NCBI RefSeq assembly: GCF_947500995.1 | Contig: NZ_CANMUA010000012.1 | Coordinates: 1,300-65,299, forward strand | Source of the DNA: an uncultured Serinicoccus sp. | GTDB taxonomy: Bacteria > Actinomycetota > Actinomycetes > Actinomycetales > Dermatophilaceae | Direction of reading: 5' to 3' | Length of the DNA stretch: 64,000 bases | Shown here: piece after piece, positions 55,066 to 63,788 of the stretch | Layout of the letters: every line of letters starts with the position of its first letter | Numbering within the stretch: the stretch's first letter is position 1 | The notes under the pieces: model-generated | What the model saw: only the letters and a program-made list of their open reading frames with translations | What the model was told of the DNA's origin: nothing | Databases searched by the model: none | Program-made: the position numbers and the translations under genes

Positions 55066-55174
55066 TGACCTGCGGAAAGGGGCTCTGACCTGCGTGTTCG
55101 GAGAACAGTATCGCATGACGTGGGAGGACATAAATCGACACCGATGTACTCTGATCCTGCACGTATCCTGCACG
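55066..55174 (+). promoter_or_regulatory. two pairs of short direct repeats upstream of the integrase gene
   Basis: TGACCTGCG occurs at 55066-55074 and 55086-55094 (20-bp period). ATCCTGCACG occurs at 55154-55163 and 55165-55174 (11-bp period), and the last copy ends 11 nt before ATG 55186. Confidence 0.3.
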
Positions 55175-55185
55175 AGAGGAAGCAC

Positions 55186-56310
55186 ATGCCTGGTCGCAAG
55201 AAGCGCGGCTTCGGCCAGTTGCGCCGTCTCCCCAGTAAGCGATGGCAAGCGTTCTACACGGGGCCAGACTGCAAGTTGCACTACGCCCCCACCACCTTCG
55301 AGACCGCTGAAGACGCCGAGGCATGGCTGGCCGCCGAGCGTCGATTGACAACGGGCGATGAGTGGTCGTCGCCCAAGGAGCGCGTGAGCCTCCGACACCA
55401 GCGCGAGGCCACCACCCTCGCAGCCTACGTCGAGAGATGGCTGAGGCATCGCGAGCTCAAGCCACGCACCCGCGAGCACTATACGCAGCTCTTGGAGCGG
55501 CAGATCCTCCCAGCCCTTGGCGCCCTTCCACTTCCGGCGATCACGCGCGAAGTGGTCGGCGACTGGTATGCAGACCTCGATCCCCAGAGACCGACGATTC
55601 GTGCACACGCCTACGGCCTGCTTCGCACCATCATGGGCACCGCGGTGCTGGACGAGAAGATCGCGGCAAACCCCGTGCACATCCGGGGTGCCGGGAACGC
55701 CAAGCGCGCCACCAAGACCGAGCCTGCAACCCTCGAACAGCTCGCCAGTCTGGTGGGCGCTATGCCGGAGCGATACAAGGTCATGACCTTGCTCGCCGCG
55801 TGGTGCGGACTGAGATTCGGGGAGCTGACGGAACTGCGCCGCAAGGACGTCGACCTGACGAGCGGCGTTGTCAAGGTGCGCCGTGCCGTCACCCGCGTTG
55901 GTGGGAACTTTGTCGTTGGCACTCCAAAGTCTCAGGCAGGCATCCGGGACGTGGCGATCCCCCCGCACCTGCTGCCCGCTGTGCGTGAGCACTTTGCCGC
56001 GAACGTGACGGGCCAGGACGGCCTGCTGTTTCCGGCTGCTGGGGACCCTTCCAAACACTTGGCCCCCGCCTCGCTCTACACGGTGTTCTACCGGGCGCGC
56101 GAGGTCGCCGGCAGGCCTGATCTCCGCTGGCATGACCTGCGCCACACCGGCGCAGTGCTCGCTGCTCAAACGGGCGCGACGCTGGCCGAACTCATGGGCA
56201 GGCTAGGGCACTCCACCCCGGCAGCTGCAATGCGTTACCAGCACGCCGCACAGGGCCGGGACGCTCAGATAGCAGCGGCTCTATCATCCATGGCCAAGGG
56301 AATCACCTGA
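55186..56310 (+). CDS. int: tyrosine-type site-specific integrase, 374 aa
   Basis: The N-terminus MPGRKKRGFGQLRRLPSKRWQAFYTGPD is typical of actinobacterial element integrases. Catalytic residues appear in GLRFGEL (Arg), HDLRHTGAV (His-x-x-Arg) and AAMRYQH (Tyr). A GAGAGGAAG RBS is present. Confidence 0.9.
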   Translation: MPGRKKRGFGQLRRLPSKRWQAFYTGPDCKLHYAPTTFETAEDAEAWLAAERRLTTGDEWSSPKERVSLRHQREATTLAAYVERWLRHRELKPRTREHYTQLLERQILPALGALPLPAITREVVGDWYADLDPQRPTIRAHAYGLLRTIMGTAVLDEKIAANPVHIRGAGNAKRATKTEPATLEQLASLVGAMPERYKVMTLLAAWCGLRFGELTELRRKDVDLTSGVVKVRRAVTRVGGNFVVGTPKSQAGIRDVAIPPHLLPAVREHFAANVTGQDGLLFPAAGDPSKHLAPASLYTVFYRAREVAGRPDLRWHDLRHTGAVLAAQTGATLAELMGRLGHSTPAAAMRYQHAAQGRDAQIAAALSSMAKGIT

Positions 56311-56660
56311 GGTGTGCGAGCGACTCCGCCGCCTTCGATTGGTGCACATCGTTCCCTGCAGCTCCTCACAGCACCAAAAGTTCACTGTCACATACCCGTG
56401 CAGCAGTCCCACTCCCGCCAGCGCCTCGAGTGTCAGGGCCTCTCGCCACACCGACTGCTCACGACGCCGGCGAGCCGACCCGGGTCACCACCAGCAGCAG
56501 CGTCCCCGCCGCGGCTAGTCCCCCGAGCACCGCCCCCCACGTCGACGAGCAAGAGCCAGCTACTCACTATCGGTTACGCCTCTCCCCTCGGACTGATGAC
56601 CCCTGCATCTATTGACTATCGTGGGTGATGGTCAGGGTCGCTGGGGCTCCAGCCGCTGAG

Positions 56661-59600
56661 TCAGCCGTCCATTTGGTCGCCGCGTAACCGGTCTAGCGCC
56701 TCGCGCACCGCCTTGGTTAAGGGGTGCTCCGTGCCCATGACTCGGGTTGCATCCTTCAGCAGCTGCTCGAACTGGGTGATCGCGTCTTTCACCCGCCCGT
56801 CCCCAGTGAGCCAGGACGCGAGGTTGTACCGGGTGGTCAAGGTGTCCGGGGCATCCGGCCCGAGCACCCGCGTACGGTCCTGCAGCAGCTGCTCGAACTG
56901 GGTGATCGCGTCTTTCACCTGCCCGTTCTCACCGAGCCAAGACGCGAGGTTGCCCCGGGCGGTCAAGGTGTCCGGGGCATCCGGCCCGAGCACGCGGAGG
57001 AAGTCCTCCAGCAGCTGCTCGAACTGGGTGATCGCGTCTTTCACCTGCCCGTTCTCACCGAGCCAGGACGCGAGGTTGCCCCGGGTGGTCAAGGTGTCCG
57101 GGGCATCCGGCCCGAGCACCTGCATACGGTCCTGCAGCAGCTGCTCGAACTGGGTGATCGCGTCTTTCACCTGCCCGTCCTCACCGAGCCAGGACGCGAG
57201 GTTGCTCCGGGCGGTCAAGGTGTCCGGGGCATTAGGACCGAGCACCCGCATACGGTCCTCCAGCAGCTGCTCGAACTGGGTGATCGCGTCTTTCACCCGC
57301 CCGTCTTCACCGAGCACGGTCGCGAGATTGTTCCGGGTGGTCAAGGTGGCCGGGGCATCCGGCCCGAGCACCCGGCTGCGGTCCTGCAGCAGCTGCTCGA
57401 GCTGGGTGATCGCGTCTTTCACCTGCCCGTCCCGACCGAGCATGAACGCGAGGTTGTTCCGGGTGATCAAGGTGTCCGGGGCATCCGGCCCAAGCACCCG
57501 GATGAAGTCCTCCAGCAGCTGCTCGAACTGGGTGATCGCGTCTTTCACCCGCCCGTCCCGACCGAGCACGGCCGCGAGGTTGTTCCGGGTGGTCAAGGTG
57601 GCCGGGGCATCCGGCCCGAGCACCCGCATACGGTCCTGCAGCAGCTGCTCGAACTGGGTGATCGCGTCCTTCACCTGCCCGTCCCGACCGAGCCAGGACG
57701 CGAGGTTGTTCCGGGTGGTCAAGGTGTCCGGGGCATCCGGCCCAAGCACCCGGATGAAGTCCTCCAGCAGCTGCTCAAACTGGCTGATCGCGTCCTTCAC
57801 CCGCCCGTCCTCACCGAGCCAGGACGCGAGGTTGCTCCGGGTGGTCAAGGTGTCCGGCGCATCCGGCCCGAGCATGCGCATGTGGTCCGTCAGGAGTTGC
57901 TCGAACTCGGTGATCGCGTCTTTCACCCGCCCGTCCTCACCAAGCCAGGTGCCGACAGCGTGTCGGGTCTCGAGGGGAGCATCGCAAAGACGTGGGAAGA
58001 ACTCTAGGGCAAGCGTGATGGCTTCCCGGTAGCGGTACTGTGCAGCTAGCTGCACGCCAAGTGTCAAGGCCGCGACCTGAACGGCATCGGAGATGGTTCC
58101 GTCTGGTGGGGTCAGATCGAGGAGCCACTGCGCCAAAGCCAAGTTGTGCACCGATGGTGGCATTGCCGAGTTGTCGTCGGCTCGCTCGGTGATGGCCTCG
58201 GTGAGGACGTGTCGGGTGGCGTCGCGAAGTCGAACGATCTCGTCCTGTCCGAGCCCGAGCTCGTCGTCGGTGATGGACTCGTGGACTGGGGCGAGCAGCA
58301 TGTGCTCCCGGACCCAATGGACGTCGTTCTCGTTCAAGCACCAGGACAAGGGCGTCACGGCGTGCTGCAACGAGTTGACGAGCTCGTGTTCCCCGACGCC
58401 GGCCAGCTCGGCTGCCGCCGCCACCGTCGACGGGTCGTAGGTGGGAATCGCACCGTCGGCGTCGCTGTGCAGCGTTGCCTCGACCCGGCTGGCGATCGCC
58501 CTAATGAGGGCGCTCCTGACGGGGGCTGGGAGCTCGTTCCACCGCATGCGCATGACGTCTTGTACTGAGGCCGGTAGCTGGTCGAGCTCGCCAGGGCCGA
58601 GTTCGATTCGTCCCTTGGCCCTGCCGATACGTCGCTTTACTTGTTTCGAGGTGAGCCACAGCTTGATGAAGTGCGGGTTTGGCATCCGCGCTGCCAGTAA
58701 CGCCGCCGTTTCACGGTTGGTCCGCGGCGCCTGCTCCAGGACCAACTGGACCAGGTCAGACTCGTCCAACGGTGCCACGGGCACCACCTCTAGATGACTG
58801 GCGGCGGTCGCGTTGGCGACCCACCGGCTGTACTCGCAGTTGTGGGCGCCTTCGGGCCAGGCCGTGCCAATCACCAGGACCGGCTGCTTGGACGTTGGCC
58901 GCCCCAGCGCATCGAGCAACTCAGCGAGGTCGGGGCCCATTCGGTGAAGATCCTCGATGACGACGACCTGAGGCAGACCAGGGTGCGACAGCTCCCGGAT
59001 GGTGGCAGCCAGCTCCTGCGCCGCAGACGTACGAGCCTGACCGACTTTCAAGCCCATGTCCGTGGTCTGCGCCAGTTCGGCCCGCTTCTCCAGGTGCTGA
59101 CGTGCCTGTCCTATTCCGCGGGCGGAGTACTTCACCACCAGGTTGGCTCCGGGGACAAGGCCGGCGACGTCAGCCAGGAGGTCGATGCCCTCCCCGGCCA
59201 CGTCGGTGCTCAAGGCGCGGATAACCTGCTTCGCCCGGTCACCCAAACGTTCGAACGCGCCCGTCGCCTCGAGCTTGGCCTGGGCAATGCCCGGGACGTG
59301 CGCTTTCAGCTGTGGGTACGATGCCGCTACGACGTCCATGTTCGCGCCGGTCTGCAACCGCTCACACCCGAAGCTCCACCACCCAAACGCCGGCAGCGCA
59401 CCACCGGCGCGCACGAACTCCTCCGGTTCCGGGCCAAGAACCTTGCGGCCCGGCATCGGATCCGCACCGCCGGCACCGGCCACCCTTGTCAGCGCTGGCA
59501 GTTCGGGCCAATACCCAGGGTCCGGCTGCCTATCCCGAAGCGTGCCGTACACCTCTTGGACGATCCTCGACTTCCCCACCCCCGACTCCCCGGTCAGCAC

Positions 59601-59696
59601 CACCACCCGAGGCCGGGCGGTACCACCACGCGATACCTCATCAGCCAGGGAGACAAGGTCTCTCACGACCTGCCGGTGCGCACCGAAGAACATCAT
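56661..59696 (-). CDS. STAND-type P-loop NTPase (AAA_16-like) with C-terminal TPR array, no N-terminal effector domain, 1011 aa
   Basis: Walker A (LTGESGVGKS) starts about 35 residues from the N-terminus. Walker B is QVVVIEDLH. A helical middle region follows, and then ten 42-aa TPR-like repeats (TTRNNLASWLGEDGRVKDAITQFEQLLEDRMRVLGPDAPDTL). Confidence 0.85.
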   Translation of the reverse strand: MMFFGAHRQVVRDLVSLADEVSRGGTARPRVVVLTGESGVGKSRIVQEVYGTLRDRQPDPGYWPELPALTRVAGAGGADPMPGRKVLGPEPEEFVRAGGALPAFGWWSFGCERLQTGANMDVVAASYPQLKAHVPGIAQAKLEATGAFERLGDRAKQVIRALSTDVAGEGIDLLADVAGLVPGANLVVKYSARGIGQARQHLEKRAELAQTTDMGLKVGQARTSAAQELAATIRELSHPGLPQVVVIEDLHRMGPDLAELLDALGRPTSKQPVLVIGTAWPEGAHNCEYSRWVANATAASHLEVVPVAPLDESDLVQLVLEQAPRTNRETAALLAARMPNPHFIKLWLTSKQVKRRIGRAKGRIELGPGELDQLPASVQDVMRMRWNELPAPVRSALIRAIASRVEATLHSDADGAIPTYDPSTVAAAAELAGVGEHELVNSLQHAVTPLSWCLNENDVHWVREHMLLAPVHESITDDELGLGQDEIVRLRDATRHVLTEAITERADDNSAMPPSVHNLALAQWLLDLTPPDGTISDAVQVAALTLGVQLAAQYRYREAITLALEFFPRLCDAPLETRHAVGTWLGEDGRVKDAITEFEQLLTDHMRMLGPDAPDTLTTRSNLASWLGEDGRVKDAISQFEQLLEDFIRVLGPDAPDTLTTRNNLASWLGRDGQVKDAITQFEQLLQDRMRVLGPDAPATLTTRNNLAAVLGRDGRVKDAITQFEQLLEDFIRVLGPDAPDTLITRNNLAFMLGRDGQVKDAITQLEQLLQDRSRVLGPDAPATLTTRNNLATVLGEDGRVKDAITQFEQLLEDRMRVLGPNAPDTLTARSNLASWLGEDGQVKDAITQFEQLLQDRMQVLGPDAPDTLTTRGNLASWLGENGQVKDAITQFEQLLEDFLRVLGPDAPDTLTARGNLASWLGENGQVKDAITQFEQLLQDRTRVLGPDAPDTLTTRYNLASWLTGDGRVKDAITQFEQLLKDATRVMGTEHPLTKAVREALDRLRGDQMDG
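56712..57971 (-). repeat. 10 tandem, near-identical 126-bp coding repeats (TPR units) inside the STAND gene
   Basis: The block CTGCTCGAACTGGGTGATCGCGTCTTTCACC(C/T)GCCCGT recurs every 126 bp on the plus strand. It corresponds to residues 576-995 of the protein. Confidence 0.9.
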
Positions 59697-60398
59697 CAGA
59701 GCATGTCAGAGGAGGCCCCTCGCCGCTGACCGGATGATTAGCGAAGATCCGTCATCGGCGCGTCGCACGAGCGTTCATAGCAGCCAGCCACCACACAGGA
59801 GCAAGGGTCTGCTGTGGCCGGGCCACGGTGCGTGCTCGGGTCGACGCGTGGGGGCTGTCCTAGCCTCCTGGAGGCTCCTCGTGCTCGGGACCAGCCCGCT
59901 GGCCTGGAACGCTGCTGCAGAGGCACGTCCGACGTCGCTCGAGTGCTGCCGCGCTGTCCCGTGAAAGGCGGGGCAGTGGGATGGGGCGGTTCAGCATGAA
60001 TCTCTCGGGGCCATGACGAGCGAACTGTCAGCAGCAGAACTGGTTGGGGTCCTTTTCCTGAGCAAGGTGTCTCATGACGGCGCGTTGTGCGGCTCGGGCG
60101 CCAACAGTCATACGTCAAGGGGTGCGGGTGACCTGTTCAACGGCGCCCTCGTCCAGGTCCGTGAACACGATCGACCAGTGTTTAACGCGTTTCACGCTCT
60201 GGGAGTCGGGGTCTCGCAGGTAGCGCACAGTACGGAACCGGTGCTGATCAATTCACAGGCGCTTGACGTCCCGGCGGTCTCGGCGGTGTCCAGGTCCACG
60301 GTGGTGAGCATCCGCATCACCGTGTGTCTAGTTTTCAAGCGCCGCCGACACCGTGGGACAGGACGGGTCTCCCATGCCAGGTCCGGCAGGTACCCGCA

Positions 60399-61808
60399 TC
60401 ACGGAGCGGTGCGGGAGACAGGACCAGCGGGCGGGGTGCAGTTGGTTGTTCCCTGTCCGTACCGCGCCTGCTCACGCACGAGGCGGAGCCGTCCGGGATC
60501 CGGACGTGGGCCGATCCGCTCGATCACTGAACTAGCACAGTAGTTCGGTCTGCCGGCGATGGTGCTCACGGCTTGGTCGAGTTGCCGGGCGGCCCGAAGC
60601 GGGCCTTCGGCCTCCAAGGCGGTCGACTGCATCAGTACCCTGGGCAGCGGCACCGGTCGCCTCAACTGCACGCTGCGCGGCGACACTGGCGTGGAGCGGG
60701 GGTCCGGCACGCGTCCTTGTTCGATCATCGTGGCGATCATTCTTGAGGCGCCTCGCGCGTCGACCACAAGGCCCGGGTTGCGGGTCGCGGTGACGAATGC
60801 GTCGGCGATGCCTACTGCACTGAGGTGGTACTGGCGCAGCGCGGCTAGGGCTGCTCCCATGTCGGTTCGTGCGGTGATGACTTCGGGTGTGGCCGGTCCG
60901 AGGCGGTCTTTGGTCAGTTCTCCGAAGGAGGTCCGCAGATCGACGCTGGCGTGCTGCAGCGCCCCCGCTCGCCCTTGCACGGGGTGTGTCAGGACGTCCC
61001 AGGTGCTGGCAAGAGAGAGCCAAGAGTTTCCGGCGTGCTCCAGTGCCGGGTCCAGCTGGGTGCGGTGCTCCCGGGCGTCGATGTGGCCTGCGTCCGCGGC
61101 AATGCGCCAGAGGGCGCGGGCATAGGTGGTCGTGACGTGCATGGTGGCTGCCACGTCCCGTAGGTCGCGTGCCGTTGGTTCACTGGTAAGTACGCGGTGG
61201 GCATGGATGTCGAACGCGCTGACGTTGCTGCCGAGGCGGTCCGGGTCCGACCAGTCGCGGTGCGTCTCGGTGAGCGCCTCCGGGTAGGAGCTCTCGTGGT
61301 AGCCGAGCGCAAGGCTGGTCGGGATCTCCATTCGCCGTCGGAAGTCCTCGTCCACGGGTGAATGTCGCCTCAACCCGACCGTGGTGGCGTGCCCGGTCAG
61401 GTAGACGACGTGTGTCACCTGCACCCTGGTGGCGAACGCATCCCGAAGGTGGTCGGGGGTCGGGAGCTTCCGCACGTTGGAGTTCTCGATGGCCTCGGCC
61501 GCCCGCACCATCAGGGACCCGATGGCCTCGAGGTCACGATCGGGCTCGAGTCGTTGGCCGGTACGCCTGGCGTGCAGGGCACGCGCGTCACGGCCTAGTG
61601 CCTGAACATGCGCCTGTATCTGGTCGAGCACCCCGACCTGGGGCTCGGCTGACCCAGCCTGGGGAATGGCGCGCCAGAGCCGGCAAGAGTTCCCGACGAG
61701 GGTGTTCCAGGACCGGACCATCGGTAACCCGTCACGATCAGGAGCGTCGTAGAGAAGGGACCGGGCTCGGAGCTCGGCTTCCTGCAGGAGTTCACCGACA
61801 CTAGGCAC
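60399..61808 (-). CDS. hypothetical protein (469 aa), no recognised domain
   Basis: It is a long ORF with coding-like third-position bias. GTG 61808 overlaps the upstream gene's TAG by 8 nt. The last 50 or so residues are low-complexity and may be read-through. Confidence 0.55.
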   Translation of the reverse strand: MPSVGELLQEAELRARSLLYDAPDRDGLPMVRSWNTLVGNSCRLWRAIPQAGSAEPQVGVLDQIQAHVQALGRDARALHARRTGQRLEPDRDLEAIGSLMVRAAEAIENSNVRKLPTPDHLRDAFATRVQVTHVVYLTGHATTVGLRRHSPVDEDFRRRMEIPTSLALGYHESSYPEALTETHRDWSDPDRLGSNVSAFDIHAHRVLTSEPTARDLRDVAATMHVTTTYARALWRIAADAGHIDAREHRTQLDPALEHAGNSWLSLASTWDVLTHPVQGRAGALQHASVDLRTSFGELTKDRLGPATPEVITARTDMGAALAALRQYHLSAVGIADAFVTATRNPGLVVDARGASRMIATMIEQGRVPDPRSTPVSPRSVQLRRPVPLPRVLMQSTALEAEGPLRAARQLDQAVSTIAGRPNYCASSVIERIGPRPDPGRLRLVREQARYGQGTTNCTPPAGPVSRTAP

Positions 61809-62172
61809 GGCAGCGGTCCCGGATGGTGTCGTTCAGGGCCGCCACCAGCGCCGTCGTCCCAGGCGAGAACTCATGGATCGGCCGCTGCCGGGTGGCAAGC
61901 TCTGCCTGCCGTATCAGCTCCCGAGGGTCCTCACCGGTAGGGTCACCGTGCTGGTCTGCTCCCAGGTCGATGCCGTCAGGCAGCAGAGACAGGGCCAGCC
62001 CGTTCAGCCAGCCGGCCTCGAGTGAAAGCTCGGCCATGACCAACCCGGCCGGGTCCGTCCCTGGTGCCACCTGCGCGAGGGCCTCTCGCTCAGCCTTGCG
62101 AAGCAGGTTGGTGGCCCGGATGAGGGCCTCCAGGGCGGCCGGTGTCGTCAGGTCTGGTCCGCGGGTCTTCAT
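61801..62172 (-). CDS. hypothetical protein (123 aa)
   Basis: ATG 62172 is preceded by GAAGGA. The protein is predicted to be helical. It is translationally coupled to the 469-aa ORF. Confidence 0.5.
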   Translation of the reverse strand: MKTRGPDLTTPAALEALIRATNLLRKAEREALAQVAPGTDPAGLVMAELSLEAGWLNGLALSLLPDGIDLGADQHGDPTGEDPRELIRQAELATRQRPIHEFSPGTTALVAALNDTIRDRCRA

Positions 62173-62414
62173 CGCTCGTCCTTCGGGGTGATAGGTGGTG
62201 CTTCAAGGTGTTGCGCCCCATCACCGCAGTTCGGCGCCCCGGGTGGGAGCTGTTCTGCCAATCTGTGGATAGCTCCTCGGGTATGTCAGGGCCGTGCGCA
62301 ACAGTGGTCTCACCATCCGCAAGCCGGGCAGCGGCCGCCTCTGGCATCACCGATGCCGGATTCGCGTCATCGCAACTAGTGCTCGACTGGCACGGTGAAA
62401 GCAGGTGCGTGACG

Positions 62415-63284
62415 ATGAGCATCATCCGAGCCCGGGTCCTCCGTCGTGGCGCCCTGGCCTTGCCGCTCACTGTCAGTGCCGTGCTCTTGCTGGTCCTCGT
62501 GTCTCTCCCTGCGCCTTGGGGCACCGCGGTGCTGACCGGGGTTTTCCTGGTCGCGTTCTGGGGCCTGACCGGAGTGGGGGAAGTGGCCGTGGTGCGCGCC
62601 CTGACGTTCGCCAGCCGAACCAAGCTGCACCAGCGGTACACCCTGGCCGGGGTCGCTCGCGTGCTTCAGGACTGCGGAGTGGATCCGGTACAGCTGTTGG
62701 TGGCCCGATGGGGAGGGGTGTGCGCCCGCGCGTACGGCCGGCGGACCGTGGTCGTCGGCCGGTCTTTGGTCGAGGAGGTGGCTCGCGGACGGCTCCCCTG
62801 CGCCGACGCCGCTGCGCTCATCGCGCACGAGGTGGGGGTCCAGCGCGTTGGGCTAACACGCACCGACGCCGCCCTCGGGGTGATCCTGCTGCCGTGGGAG
62901 TTGGTGGCCGGCGCCATGATCGGTCTCTGGCGGGCCCTGGGGGCCACCCTTGCGCCGTGGGTCCGCTGGGCCAGCCTCGCGATCGCCTTCGGGATCCAGA
63001 TCTGGCTCGCGGCCACAGCCGATGCGCGACACCTCGCTCCTGCGCTGTTGCTCGGAGCCATCTTCGCCACGTGCGGGCTCAGCCAGGCCTGGTCCCGGGC
63101 CCGCGCCGACCTTGGTGACACCTACCTCACCCAGCACGGGCTGGGAGCCATCTACGCCACCATCCTGTGGCGCAGCTTCCCGGACGACCGCTCCCGCGAC
63201 CGAGCAGTCCGGTTGCTGCACCCGCCGGCACCCCAGCCTTCTGGTTCCAGCCCCGTACAGGCCACCATGCGATCCGGGCTCTGA
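62415..63284 (+). CDS. polytopic membrane protein with a degenerate M48/M56-peptidase-like segment (HEVGV instead of HExxH), 289 aa
   Basis: ATG 62415 is M92 of ORF 62142... Two N-terminal TM helices are followed by a soluble loop ending AAALIAHEVGVQRVG, and then more TM helices. The layout resembles M48-type proteases but lacks the second His. Confidence 0.55.
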   Translation: MSIIRARVLRRGALALPLTVSAVLLLVLVSLPAPWGTAVLTGVFLVAFWGLTGVGEVAVVRALTFASRTKLHQRYTLAGVARVLQDCGVDPVQLLVARWGGVCARAYGRRTVVVGRSLVEEVARGRLPCADAAALIAHEVGVQRVGLTRTDAALGVILLPWELVAGAMIGLWRALGATLAPWVRWASLAIAFGIQIWLAATADARHLAPALLLGAIFATCGLSQAWSRARADLGDTYLTQHGLGAIYATILWRSFPDDRSRDRAVRLLHPPAPQPSGSSPVQATMRSGL

Positions 63285-63296
63285 AACCTCCTCGGA

Positions 63297-63788
63297 TCAG
63301 GGAACGGCCCACAGATGCTGACACCCAGGCCCCGCGCCTGGTGTTGCGTGCTCGAGCAGCCCTTGCAGGTCTGCGGCAGCGGCCGCAGCCGCCTTCAGGA
63401 ACCGGCGAGTCATCACGGCCGACAGCTGCGCGGTGGCGTGCAGGTCGTCTTGCCGGCACAGCGCGGTCGCGACGGGAGAGACGGTGTGACCCGCCGCGTC
63501 AAGCAAGGACGCCACAGCTGCTGCCGCCAACCGTGTCTCGTTCCACGCAGGCGTCGTCGGCACGTCCTCCAGCACACCGCGGGCCAGGTACGCCGCGTCG
63601 GCAAGGGTGCGCCGCAGGTCTACCGCTTGATCTATCACCACCAACGTCGGACTCTGCGTGGCGGCCACCTCAGCCCACCCGTCCACATCACTCAACCGCG
63701 CCGCCACCAACTGGATCACCTCCCGCACCCTGCCGAGGGCCGTCATTGGCTTTGGCGGGATGCGACCGGGCACAGCCGAAGTGCTCAC
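63297..63788 (-). CDS. hypothetical protein (163 aa)
   Basis: GTG 63788 overlaps the TGA of the upstream partial ORF (GTGA). The composition is helical and Ala-rich. No family was recognised. Confidence 0.45.
   Translation of the reverse strand: MSTSAVPGRIPPKPMTALGRVREVIQLVAARLSDVDGWAEVAATQSPTLVVIDQAVDLRRTLADAAYLARGVLEDVPTTPAWNETRLAAAAVASLLDAAGHTVSPVATALCRQDDLHATAQLSAVMTRRFLKAAAAAAADLQGLLEHATPGAGPGCQHLWAVP

Noticed and set aside
54884-55351. An upstream 156-codon extension of the RNase J ORF reaching 55351.
   Set aside because: RNase J proteins start at the SHPHPELG-type N-terminus, and TTG 54883 has a GAGGAG RBS. The extension runs through the AT-richer junction and overlaps the integrase start region.
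56713-58032. Two long plus-strand ORFs (439 and 427 aa) with striking internal periodicity.
   Set aside because: They are antisense read-throughs of the ten 126-bp TPR repeats. The periodicity is inherited from the minus-strand gene, which has Walker motifs and a canonical TPR consensus.
60013-60543. A 176-aa plus-strand ORF in the island gap, together with 59738..60118 (-).
   Set aside because: Codon bias is poor and the composition is low-complexity and Arg/Ser/Gly-rich. It overlaps the 3' end of the 469-aa gene and has no motif. It is more likely non-coding or decayed sequence.
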